A DNA stretch of 63,975 nucleotides, filler included, from Octopus bimaculoides (GCF_001194135.2; 7 parts of 7 records of this genome joined end to end with filler, not necessarily neighbours in it), one strand, 5' to 3'; shown: positions 53,353 through 63,975, counted from the first letter of the whole stretch. Numbers and translations are program-made. The notes: generated from the sequence alone by a model not told the origin.

Positions 53353-53777
53353 ACAACAACAATAGATGTCTGACCATAGTTCAGAAAGGCTGGTTTAACA
53401 TCAGTTTACTAAATAGTTTTTGGGTAGATCAGTGTTTTTCAAGGTGGGGAAAGGGGAATGCCTATATATAGGTAGAACATGGAACTTCAGAAGGGAGTCT
53501 GGGATCAATAACTACAATAAAGTCTTTAAATTTCTAAAAAGTATACAGGTGAAATAAACATCAGACATATGTTTCTGTGCCCCACATAGAAACTGCAGGA
53601 ACTACTTAAAATCGCGATGTTGGTAATTGTTCTGTATCTTCACCTGAGTGGAGCAGTGATGGCTGAATTAGATTTTGTCTACAGAAGGATTCCAACTGTG
53701 GTCACTTGTTAACCACTATCACATGAAACTAGTCCATATAGTTTGTTCATTCATGCTAGAGTGCTTTTTTTATAAAT

Positions 53778-53825
<48 letters not shown>

Positions 53826-53925
53826 NNNNNNNNNNNNNNNNNNNNNNNNNNNNNNNNNNNNNNNNNNNNTTAATTAATTAANNNNNNNNNNNNNNNNNNN
53901 NNNNNNNNNNNNNNNNNNNNNNNNN

Positions 53926-54353
53926 GAAACAACGGAACGCAGATTCTGAACTATCAACACAACAATATTTATTTACAGAGGAAATAGGCAGCACTTCGCC
54001 CTTTGGTTGCTGAGACGCCGTCAATGATGTTGAGTGGTTATTTGTCTAGCTCCAGAGTTGGAATGTTGGAAAGAGCTGTCTCCAGAGTTGGAATGTTGGA
54101 GACAGACTGCTTGTACGTCTGAGCTCTCCGTCGGCCGGCGAGAAAAGAGAATGAATAAGGGCGCGAAGCTTGAATATCCAATGACCACGCATGCGCACGA
54201 GACTCTTCCTGTATTCCTTCCGGAACTAGTCCCTGCGCATGCGTGGATAAGCTTTCCGGAATGTCTGCTATTAAGGCGTCACTACACCATCCATATTTAT
54301 ATATAAAATACTACAATTAGCCGTCATTTTTTTGACGGTACGGGGCCAGCTAG
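53926..54353 (+). mobile_element. Putative non-autonomous Helitron 3' portion
   Basis: Hairpin ccgtca...tgacgg (54321-54338) followed about 11 nt later by CTAG (54350-54353) and T. No coding remnant recognised. Confidence 0.55.
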
Positions 54354-54362
54354 TGTATAATA

Positions 54363-54857
54363 TAGTGTCTTGCCGATAGGGATTGACGGCATAAATGATA
54401 GAGACTATATAGTTAGAGAAAGAATCGTAGTGGATTAAAACTTGGGAAGGAAATAGAGAATGTCATTACTCCCGATAAATATCGATTCTTACAGTGAAAT
54501 GGCGGCATAATCTCCCAGTGTTTAAGAGACATTTTTTAAAGTGGCGACACTTAACGATTAACTCTTGTTTGACATTTAGACAGTCTTTGGATTTAGTGAG
54601 GTTGTATGCGAGAGGCTCTTTTCAGTTGCTCATATAAGAAAAGAGCCCCGCACTCAACAACCGTAGTACATCCGCAAACTGTTTAAATATCCGAAATACT
54701 AGGAGCTTGTATAAACATCTGATTGAAACGAATCAGTACTTGATAGTAGTAATCACACTCTCTCTAGTTCTTTCTTCTTTTTAAAAGAATTATGAGACAC
54801 TCCCTATCTATAAAGTCACTGTTATTTATGCCGTCAATCACTGCTGGTAGATCACTA
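54363..54857. mobile_element. Tc1/mariner-type MITE (495 bp)
   Basis: 57-bp imperfect TIRs (43/57 identical; core gattgacggcataaat), flanked by TA at 54361-54362 and 54858-54859. Confidence 0.7.
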
Positions 54858-57340
54858 TACCATATAACAATACACTTATTGATACATGCATAACTTCAAC
54901 TAAATAACCTAAATTTATTATTACGTAGTAGTCTATTTTAAAATTCTCCGACTTAGACATAATGTCCCTCGCCCTAATAATTTTAAGCAACCTATGGAAA
55001 TATTTCACTCACGGCGATGAATATTAATGTCATGTGTTATATTTTTTATCAAGTCTTCAAACCCTTAATACAACACTCGGCATAATTAGCAATTCATAAT
55101 ATGTCACTGATATAGGAGTAAGAAGTTTTGTTTTAATCGTCCCATGATTATGGGTATGAATAATTAACGAACTATATCGTTATACATACACAAACACACA
55201 CACACACATATATATATATATCTGTGTATATGTTTATACATTTCTCTATACATATGTATGTGTGTGTGTGTGTGTGTGTGTGGAACGAGAGAGGAGTGAA
55301 ATAGAATTTATATAAAATTTGCACTTTTTACTATATTGACGAATTCACGGTTGACTGTGTGTGTGTGTAGGTGGAATCGCGCACGTGTTTTGTGTGAGCA
55401 ACTAAACGGTCCTCGCTTATTCGAGAGGCTAGAATATGTTCAGCAGCTTCCAGAGAATACCAATTTGTATCTAAAGCCGAATATAGAGAAACTGAAAGTT
55501 GTCATTCAAGAGAAACCGGTAGAAGCTCATGTTGTTGATAACATTCCCATAATACTCTATAAGTACGGTGAGAAGGAATTGCGTTGTACACTTCTCTATT
55601 TCTTCAGAGAAAGGAGACAGTGCGATAACTTCTCACAACAGTTCAAAGAACCATTTACGAGCTGTGACGTAGCTAGAATGTGTGCCGCCCGGGGCAGCTG
55701 TTGAGCTTGCCGCGTCACCTCCTATACAAGCTTTTACAACAGACCCAAAAGTTCTGCCCCTTAGAAAAGCTTCACCCCGGAGTAGACCATCCTCATCGCC
55801 GCCCTCGCCCAGCTACGCTACTCAGAGNNNNNNNNNNNNNNNNNNNNNNNNNNNNNNNNNNNNNNNNNNNNNNNNNNNNNNNNNNNNNNNNNNNNNNNNN
55901 NNNNNNNNNNNNNNNNNNNNNNNNNNNNNNNNNNNNNNNNNNNNNNNNNNNNNNNNNNNNNNNNNNNNNNNNNNNNNNNNNNNNNNNNNNNNNNNNNNNN
56001 NNNNNNNNNNNNNNNNNNNNNNNNNNNNNNNNNNNNNNNNNNNNNNNNNNNNNNNNNNNNNNNNNNNNNNNNNNNNNNNNNNNNNNNNNNNNNNNNNNNN
56101 NNNNNNNNNNNNNNNNNNNNNNNNNNNNNNNNNNNNNNNNNNNNNNNNNNNNNNNNNNNNNNNNNNNNNNNNNNNNNNNNNNNNNNNNNNNNNNNNNNNN
56201 NNNNNNNNNNNNNNNNNNNNNNNNNNNNNNNNNNNNNNNNNNNNNNNNNNNNNNNNNNNNNNNNNNNNNNNNNNNNNNNNNNNNNNNNNNNNNNNNNNNN
56301 NNNNNNNNNNNNNNNNNNNNNNNNNNNNNNNNNNNNNNNNNNNNNNNNNNNNNNNNNNNNNNNNNNNNNNNNNNNNNNNNNNNNNNNNNNNNNNNNNNNN
56401 NNNNNNNNNNNNNNNNNNNNNNNNNNNNNNNNNNNNNNNNNNNNNNNNNNNNNNNNNNNNNNNNNNNNNNNNNNNNNNNNNNNNNNNNNNNNNNNNNNNN
56501 NNNNNNNNNNNNNNNNNNNNNNNNNNNNNNNNNNNNNNNNNNNNNNNNNNNNNNNNNNNNNNNNNNNNNNNNNNCTCTTTTGGGAGCAACAGCCCGGTCT
56601 CCCTTTCAGTTTCTCTAGGAGTTGTAAACGACCGTGCGAAGTGAAGGTGACGAGAAGGAGATTGCCGTATGCTGTTAGTCGAGTGTTGATGAGTCTCCAT
56701 GTGGCTGCTGTGGTGTTGTCGCTGGAACTGGCTGTGTCCTGTGTGGTCAGTGGCTAGACCTCAAAAGGTCTGGAACCGAAAGACGTCGACTCGATGTGTC
56801 GCTAGAGTTTTATACGGTGCAGTCGGCGCAAACTGAGGTTTAGAAGAGACTGTTTCACGTGACCTTATCAGAAGGCTGCGATTGGTTGGGTTGCATATTG
56901 AAGCGCAATAGAGCAAGAGACATATTGCACCAATACCAACCAATCAGAGTAGTACTTTTTCTCGTCTGTCCCAAATAACAATATCCGGCCTGTTATGTTT
57001 ACACTTGACAGATGTTTTGAGGGATTCCCTATATTTTTATCAGGACAGTATTTTTTTTTCCGGATGGCATTGTATATTGTTTTTGTGATAAGTCGTGTCG
57101 CATAGGGACATTTTTGGGCAGTTGCTAATTACAAATGTTATGTCTTTCATAGAAATATGACATAATCTACATTTTCGGTTGCATCTTGGAACTCCAAGGG
57201 CTTCATTGCCTCTTTTGCTTTTTTAAGTATTTAGTAACAATCTCCTGTTCTTCGAGTGCGAATGAATAGCTTTCGAAATGTGATATAGCGGTAACGAGTC
57301 CAAGAGAAGCTTAGCTTCATGTTAATGTTATTGTCTTCTT

Positions 57341-57552
57341 AAGGCAGAGAGCTGGCAGAAACGTTAGCACGCCGGGCGCTTAGCGGTATTTCGTCTGTCT
57401 TTACGTTCTGAGTTCAAATTCCGCCGAGGTTGACTTCGCCTTTCATCCTTTTGGGATCGATAAATTAAGTATCAGTTGTGTACTGAGGTCGATCTAATCG
57501 ACTGCCCCCCCCCTCCCACACAATTTCGGGCCTTGTGCCGACAAAAGAAAAG
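57341..57552 (+). mobile_element. SINE family A with 64-bp flanking direct repeat
   Basis: Near-intact head aaggcagagagctggcagaa and B-box gagttcaaattcc. Direct repeat at 57277-57340 and 57553-57616. Confidence 0.85.
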
Positions 57553-58336
57553 AATGTGATATAGCGGTAACGAGTCCAAGAGAGGCTTCGCTTCATGTTA
57601 ATGTTATTGTCTTCTTCAAGTTTTCAGGAACACATACCCATGTTATTGGGGGGAAATTATATATGTACCTTTTTTTTTTTATTGCCAAAGAGTTTTGGTT
57701 ACTTGCCGGCTTGAAAAGTCACATCCGTGCTACATACACATGAGACCGATTCTGAAATGCTTCCAGCGATGGCTATTCTTGAGAGCTAGAAAGCAGCCAT
57801 CATGTATGTATGTACGTAAACGCGCGCGCGCGCACACACACAGAACTAGTTATCACATTGTTATTTATCTGGTTGATAGATAAATCGACCTCCCAATATC
57901 AGATCGTCATTTATCTCTCTCAGCTGTATTCTGGCAGATGAATGTCAAAATTCGATAACTCAATATTATTTATTGCCATTTATCTATTTATCAATAACCA
58001 CTTCATTCTCAACAATGGCTGAATATCCCACCTCGATATCACGTAGTTTATCTTTAATCTTTTATCTTTTGTCTTCTACTTGTTTCCGTCGTTGGACTGC
58101 GGCCATGCTGGGGCACCATCTTGAAGGGTTTAATCAAACACATTGACACCAGTATTTATTATTCTTTTTTATTTTTAAAGGCTGTTAATTATTCTGTCAG
58201 TTTTCTTGGCTGTAACGCTAATTTACAGTGACATAAACAAACCGACTCTGGTTATCAAGCGGTAGTGAACAAACACAAGCATGAAATGTATATGTACACG
58301 CACACCCACACATACACATATTATATATTATATATT

Positions 58337-58975
58337 CTTTTACTTGTTTCAGTCATTTGACTGCGGCCATGTTAGAGCACCGCCTTTAGTCGAGCAAATC
58401 GACCTCAGGACTTATTTTTTTGTAAGCCTAGTACTTATTCTATCGGTTCTTTTGCTGAACCGCTAAGTTACGGGGACGTAAACATACCAACATCGGTTGT
58501 CAAACGATGGTAGGGGGGGACAAACACAGACACACACAAACATAGATAGATAGATATATAGATAGATAAGTATGTATGTATGTATGTATGTATAATGGAG
58601 AAATTATACAAAATGTATAAGTAGATGAGGAGTAAAGGACCGGCACAATTTCGATTACCTGTTGTTATCCGTAGATTTATTGCAGGAACTTCGTAGTGGC
58701 GGTTGGGGTAACAGTATGAGTAAAATAGATGGAGTAAAATATTTTATTAGATACGAAACATGTTTCGACCCATTCTGGGTCTCTTCGAGTACATCAATAT
58801 ATATACGACGGGCTTCTTTCAGTTTCCGTCTACCAAATCCACTCACAAGGCTTTGGTCGGCCCGAGGCGATATAAGAAAACATTTGCCCAAGGTCTCACG
58901 CAGTAGGATTGAACCCAGAACCATGTGGTTGGGAAGCAAGCTTCTTACCACACAGCCCCGCCTGTATGCACGTGT
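58337..58975 (-). mobile_element. SINE family B split by an insert of about 200 bp (about 58592-58797)
   Basis: 3' half at 58337-58545 and head at 58800-58975, both reverse complement. An older related copy lies at about 58075-58265. Confidence 0.8.
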
Positions 58976-58978
58976 GCG

Positions 58979-59043
<65 letters not shown>

Positions 59044-59161
59044 GTATTTATATCACCTGATTGACCAGACTATCGGACGTTGTTAGACATCAATAGTCAC
59101 AGTGCGCTTTGCATCATTTTAGCTTTTGAACAATGCCCAATGTTTACGCGAGGTCAACATT

Positions 59162-59420
59162 TGGACCTTTTTGGTTTGACGGGCAACACATATTTTCTTA
59201 ACGAAACACTTTCAAACTTGGGACACTGGTAGAATGTGTCATATAAAACAACATTTTCTCTTAGCCTTCTTAACAAAATATTGAATCATCGCAAGTTATT
59301 TCATGTTAAAGATGTCGTATTTCTGTAATTTCAACCAATCACTGACGTCTATTCAGCTGAATACAGTTACTACTGTGACGGTGTATATGGTATTAATCCT
59401 TTGTTGACAAATTTCATCCG
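59162..59420. mobile_element. Single arm of the same palindromic element family
   Basis: Shares aacgaaacactttcaaacttgggacactggta.aatgtgtcatataaaaca and aatttcaaccaatcactgacgtctatt with 22421-22640. Confidence 0.75.
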
Positions 59421-59708
59421 GTTTTTTGGTTTGTTTTCTTTTGAAGCAGACAAAATTACAGAAAGACGGTAATTTATACGCATATATTGTTTATATGATA
59501 AATTACGCTGTGCGTATCTGTGTTTGTAACAATTTTTCGCTAGAACTCAGTAACACATTTTCTAAATGATGGTAGAGTTTGATTTGAAGAAGATTTGGAT
59601 GCTATTATGCTTGAATTACACTATTCTACTTATTTCAGTTGATTGAATAATAGCTAATAAGGGGAAAAAGCCATCAAAATACTTGAATATTGCCTGCACT
59701 TGTTATTG

Positions 59709-59855
59709 GAGCTGGCAGAATTATTAATGCCCCTCCACCAAGTACTTCATTTCCTAGAAATAGCAGCCAAATCTTCTTTGATTTGAAGAAGATTTGGCTG
59801 CTATTTCTAGGAAATGAAGCATTTGGTGGAGGGGCATTAATAATTCTGCCAGCTC
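59709..59855. repeat. 70-bp-arm inverted repeat with 7-nt loop
   Basis: 59709-59778 is the reverse complement of 59786-59855 with two differences. Confidence 0.9.
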
Positions 59856-59985
59856 TGGAATGAAAACGAGGCTCCGGATTGAAAACGAGGCTCTGGAATG
59901 TAAACGAGGCTCTGGAATGAAAACGAGGCCCTGGATTGAAAACGAGGCTCTGGATTGAAAACGAGGCTCTGGAATGAAAACGAGG
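59853..59985 (+). repeat. 19-bp minisatellite, 7 units
   Basis: Unit ctctgga(a/t)tgaaaacgagg. The last about 3 units are repeated at 60401-60456 across the gap. Confidence 0.9.
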
Positions 59986-60730
59986 CTCGCTCCTCTCTCT
60001 CTCCCGCTCTTCTCTCTCTCTCGCTCCTCTCTCTCTCGCTCCTATATCTCTCGCTCCTCTCTCTCTTTCTCCTCTCTCTCTTTCTCCTCTCTCTCTCTCT
60101 CNNNNNNNNNNNNNNNNNNNNNNNNNNNNNNNNNNNNNNNNNNNNNNNNNNNNNNNNNNNNNNNNNNNNNNNNNNNNNNNNNNNNNNNNNNNNNNNNNNN
60201 NNNNNNNNNNNNNNNNNNNNNNNNNNNNNNNNNNNNNNNNNNNNNNNNNNNNNNNNNNNNNNNNNNNNNNNNNNNNNNNNNNNNNNNNNNNNNNNNNNNN
60301 NNNNNNNNNNNNNNNNNNNNNNNNNNNNNNNNNNNNNNNNNNNNNNNNNNNNNNNNNNNNNNNNNNNNNNNNNNNNNNNNNNNNNNNNNNNNNNNNNNNN
60401 CCTGGATTGAAAACGAGGCTCTGGATTGAAAACGAGGCTCTGGAATGAAAACGAGGCTCGCTCCTCTCTCTCTCCCGCTCTTCTCTCTCTCTCGCTCCTC
60501 TCTCTCTCGCTCCTATATCTCTCGCTCCTCTCTCTCTTTCTCCTCTCTCTCTTTCTCCTCTCTCTCTCTCTCGCTTCTCTCTCTCTCTCGCTCCTCTCTC
60601 TCTCGCACTTCTCTTTCACTCGCTCCTCTCTCTCTCTCGCTCTTCTTTCTCTCTTGCTTCTCTCTCTCTTGCTCCTCTCTCTCTCTCTCTCACGCTCCTC
60701 TCTCTCTTTCTCGCTCCTCTCCCTCTTGCT

Positions 60731-60773
<43 letters not shown>

Positions 60774-60775
60774 CT
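59986..60775. repeat. (CT)-rich low-complexity tract
   Basis: Directly visible; contains a 299-N gap with duplicated flanks. Confidence 0.9.
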
Positions 60776-61208
60776 ACTCCCCTCCCTACCACATGATCAC
60801 TGCCCAGTTCAGGCGTTGTCGTCCTTTTGGGGCCGGCGGCCTTTGAGGTCGTTCGCATCTGTTCTGTCCTGCCACCCGGTCTGTTATGACTTTTCCATTT
60901 CCCTTTTCCTAACTTACTGCACTCGTCTGATAGTCGAAAGACCTTGTTTGTTTTCTTTTATTGTTGTAATTGTATAATAATTCTCCTTTTGTTGTATAGC
61001 TTAAAGGCGTTTGTCCATTATATAATTCTATTTTGTATGTTAAATTCGTTCCGATAGGCGAAAGATCCTTTCTGTTGTTTATTTATGTTTTCATGTATAC
61101 GTACATCTGTTTGCCTTGCCCAGAGGCTTAATGCTTTTAGCTTAAGTCCCTGGCCACGCCGCTTTTGAGTAGTATCGGAGATAAGTGGGCGAAACTTCGT
61201 AGACATTC

Positions 61209-61590
61209 CAGACTCCGACTGAAGAGGTAATTGGCTGCGAATGATCCTTCTATCTTGTTTTGTCCTGTTTGCCGTTGTTACGCTATCGTCCTTTTTTGAT
61301 TTGAAGAAGATTTGACTGCTATTTCTAGGAAATGAAGCACTTGGTGGAGGGGCATTAATAATTCTGCCAGCTCCAATAACGAGTGCAGGCAATATTCAAG
61401 TATTTTGATGGCTTTTTCCCCTTATTAGCTATTATTCAATCAACTGAAACAAGTAGAATAGTGTAATTCAAGCATAATAGCAGCCAAATCTTCTTCAAAT
61501 CAAAAAAGGACGATAGCGTAACAACGGCAAACAGGACAAAACAAGATAGAAGGATCATTCGCAGCCAATTACCTCTTCAGTCGGAGTCTG
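61209..61590. repeat. 115-bp-arm inverted repeat with 152-nt spacer
   Basis: 61209-61323 is the reverse complement of 61476-61590 with one difference. Confidence 0.9.
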
Positions 61591-61690
61591 NNNNNNNNNN
61601 NNNNNNNNNNNNNNNNNNNNNNNNNNNNNNNNNNTTAATTAATTAANNNNNNNNNNNNNNNNNNNNNNNNNNNNNNNNNNNNNNNNNNNN

Positions 61691-62858
61691 TGTGCTGGCT
61701 GATTAAAGAGGCGAAGTTCTTGCAGCAAGAATAGCTAATCTTAAGCGTTCTTCTGTTAAATATTCTATAAAACTTATGATCAGGTTGAAAGTGCCTAGTG
61801 ACTAATTTTAAGAATTCTTTACCTATGTTCGTTTTTACGGCCATATTGAAAGCCGGGTTGAACCACAAAACGTTCCTAGTCCTAGTTCTACGTGCCGGGC
61901 TGCTGCCAGCATTAGATTGGGTGTACTGGATCCTCTCAGAGAATCCGCTATTCCTTAAAGTACTATCATAATACGGTGCCGCGTTGCGGAATGTTGCTTC
62001 GTCTGCAGAAATTGACGAAATTCGCCTACCTACGTTACTAGCTAAGTTTCTAAGAATAACAGGCGGATGGTTGGATTCTCTGCTGATATAGGATAGTTTG
62101 TCGTTTGGTTTACGGTAAGGCTTAAATATATTCGAATCCAAGTCTAACTTTACGTCTTAGAAATCTACTTTTTTTAGGTTGGTATCTACTGTTATCCGTA
62201 AACCTATCCTTTGGAAGAAAGCTATAAGATCCTTCCTGAGCTTATCTAGTTCGTGGCCGTTTAAATTATGGGTGACTATAAGACCGACATCCCTATATAA
62301 TCCTGCGTCTATAAACGGAAATTCCTGTTTTAGATAATGCAGAATGTAAGCCCCTATAAGCGTGCACAATTCCTCCCCGTCGTATGCCTCCATCGGTACA
62401 TCGAAAAGAGAATCATCACTCTTTTTAATCCAGGTGGATCCTTCATGAAAAAGTAGCGATTTTCTTGCATGTATTATAATGTCTATTTCCGAGCTATCGA
62501 TGTTGACATACTGCTTGGCCAATTCTAACGCTCTCAGGAGCAAAGATCTGGATATTGATGGGTAAAAATCAACAATATCGAACTGCGTAAATTTGCAGCT
62601 GCGCTTATTACTAATCCCCTTAAACCAATCTATAACTGGCTTATTATTTTTCCAAATCCGTAAATTTAAATCACTATCTAACTTAATTAAAATCCGGTCT
62701 AAAATATATTTGCTAATAATTCCAATTTCAGTCTTAGCAGGATTAATTAATCTACATTTAGGGTTTCTATTAAAATTATCTTTATGGTCTTTTAGGGTGA
62801 CAAAAGCAGGTCGGGGAGATAGGTATTCTATTCTATCGCTAATCTTAAGATTGTTAGC
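61691..62858 (-). mobile_element. Penelope-like element reverse transcriptase fragment (Naiad-like), inactivated
   Basis: One frame fills the segment: AFVTLKDHK...CRLINPAK...QFDIVDFYPSI...FDVPMEAYDGEE...GLYRDVGL...VDF*DVKLDL...KPYRKPN...SNHPP...WFNPAF...KISYSCCKN. There is a premature TAA at 62157-62159 and the catalytic YRDD is changed to YRDV. Clade assignment is from recalled motifs. Confidence 0.88.
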
Positions 62859-63975
62859 NNNNNNNNNNNNNNNNNNNNNNNNNNNNNNNNNNNNNNNNNN
62901 NNTTAATTAATTAANNNNNNNNNNNNNNNNNNNNNNNNNNNNNNNNNNNNNNNNNNNNGAAACATAAAATAACTCACTCTGCCTTCAAACATGTTGGGTA
63001 CTTTTTCATTTACAGACACCTTAATTATATGACTGAGAATAACTTTACAACTATATATTTCTAATGAAGTATTCATATATGTATACATATGCATACATAG
63101 CTCTGGAAATGGCAAGTAATGTGCAAACATTGCATTTTCTTAAGAAAAAACAAAAAAATTACTGGAAATTCTGCTTACAGTCCAGTTTCAGAGATGATTG
63201 TCCCCTCAGCAGAGATGTATCTTTATTCTGCCATCCAGAGAACTTGTAAAATGTTGTGTATATAGTAGTAGCTTGTCATGATATAATATTAATAGGTTTC
63301 CTGATTTGTAAATGATGCATTGCATTATTGATCTATATAAATATATACTATTTTGCTAATATATAGTGAGCTTCCCTTGTTCCCTGTAAGACTAAAGAGT
63401 CTTCACTACACATCGTCTCCATTCATCCAAGGCGTACATAACTGAGAAGGTCAGTAGATGAGAGAGTCATGATGAAGAGAGTAAAAGAAGAGAGAGTATG
63501 ATGGGACAAGGAAATGGGAGGACAGTAAGTAGAAGAGGGTGTAATGGGAAAGAGACAGTTACAGTTGGTTGTTGGTAAGGTGATTGAATAGAGAAATGGC
63601 ATGAGTGATGTGATAGGATTAGTAATAAAGATGGGGAAAAAAGAGTGAGAGCAACTGATGGATAACAAAAGAGATGGCTGATGGTAGGTAAAAGCAGCAG
63701 ATGTCAATGAGGATTCTCTTGGGAGAAAAAGAGTGACAGCTAGCAATATAGATGGATAATGATAGGAGGTACTGGATATGAACTGAAACCATGGCATCCC
63801 TATTACATAAGCATTGTGATAGATGACAGAGTAACAAAGGATGATGGAAGGGAGATTGAATATGGATATACCATATACACTCCCCTGTTACATGGCTTAG
63901 TGAATTGGTGAGAGGGTGAATGATAAATGAGACAACATCAGAAAGAGCAATATATGCAGACTTAACTGGAATATA

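Larger units (their letters stand above)
38491..53825 (+). other. slo: slo intron (partial; continues past the segment end)
   Basis: Begins GTAAGT. I found no S1-encoding exon (expected VVLVF...) before the spacer at 53826; search was by eye. Confidence 0.7.

Noticed and set aside
59853-60456. 19-bp repeats as a CRISPR array
   Set aside because: Units are directly adjacent with no unique spacers, there are no cas genes, and the context is eukaryotic.
59930-60572. Apparent 172-bp direct duplication (59930-60101 vs 60401-60572)
   Set aside because: Identical sequence on both sides of an N gap; most likely unmerged overlapping contig ends.
61175-61250. Second hammerhead candidate (gcGAAACttcGTA...CTGAAGA)
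   Set aside because: Core fragments are present, but I could not form stems I and II.
63420-63900. Hydrophobic Ser/Leu-rich minus-strand ORFs
   Set aside because: Product of a purine-rich low-complexity plus strand; no recognisable domain.

Overview
Eukaryotic, AT-rich, repeat-dense genomic DNA. The SINE families, microsatellite load and gene sequence suggest an octopod cephalopod (inference). The window is not one contiguous locus: six identical 100-nt spacers (N44-TTAATTAATTAA-N44) split it into seven segments (1-18677, 18778-27988, 28089-33430, 33531-53825, 53926-61590, 61691-62858, 62959-63975), and adjacency across them is unproven. One host gene is clear: the first coding exon (38134-38490, +) of a Slo1/BK calcium-activated K+ channel (slowpoke/KCNMA1 ortholog), covering the N-terminus, S0 and the S0-S1 linker. 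It is followed by at least 15 kb of intron in which I did not find exon 2. There is a weak candidate for the spliced 3' end of another gene (about 19.5-25.4 kb, -). Most of the rest is transposon-derived: three mariner relics, Helitron pieces, a DINE-1/HINE-like element, an R4/Dong-like LINE, RTE fragments, a Penelope-like RT fragment, MITEs and several tRNA-derived SINE families. Most ORF-track entries are microsatellite or N-run artefacts. I found no convincing new multi-gene system. The best leads are the uORF-bearing slo leader, a palindromic element with a 6-bp TSD nested in a hAT MITE, a SINE with a 64-bp TSD, a multi-copy fold-back rearrangement, a hammerhead-like motif, and a promoter-like cluster leading into an assembly gap.
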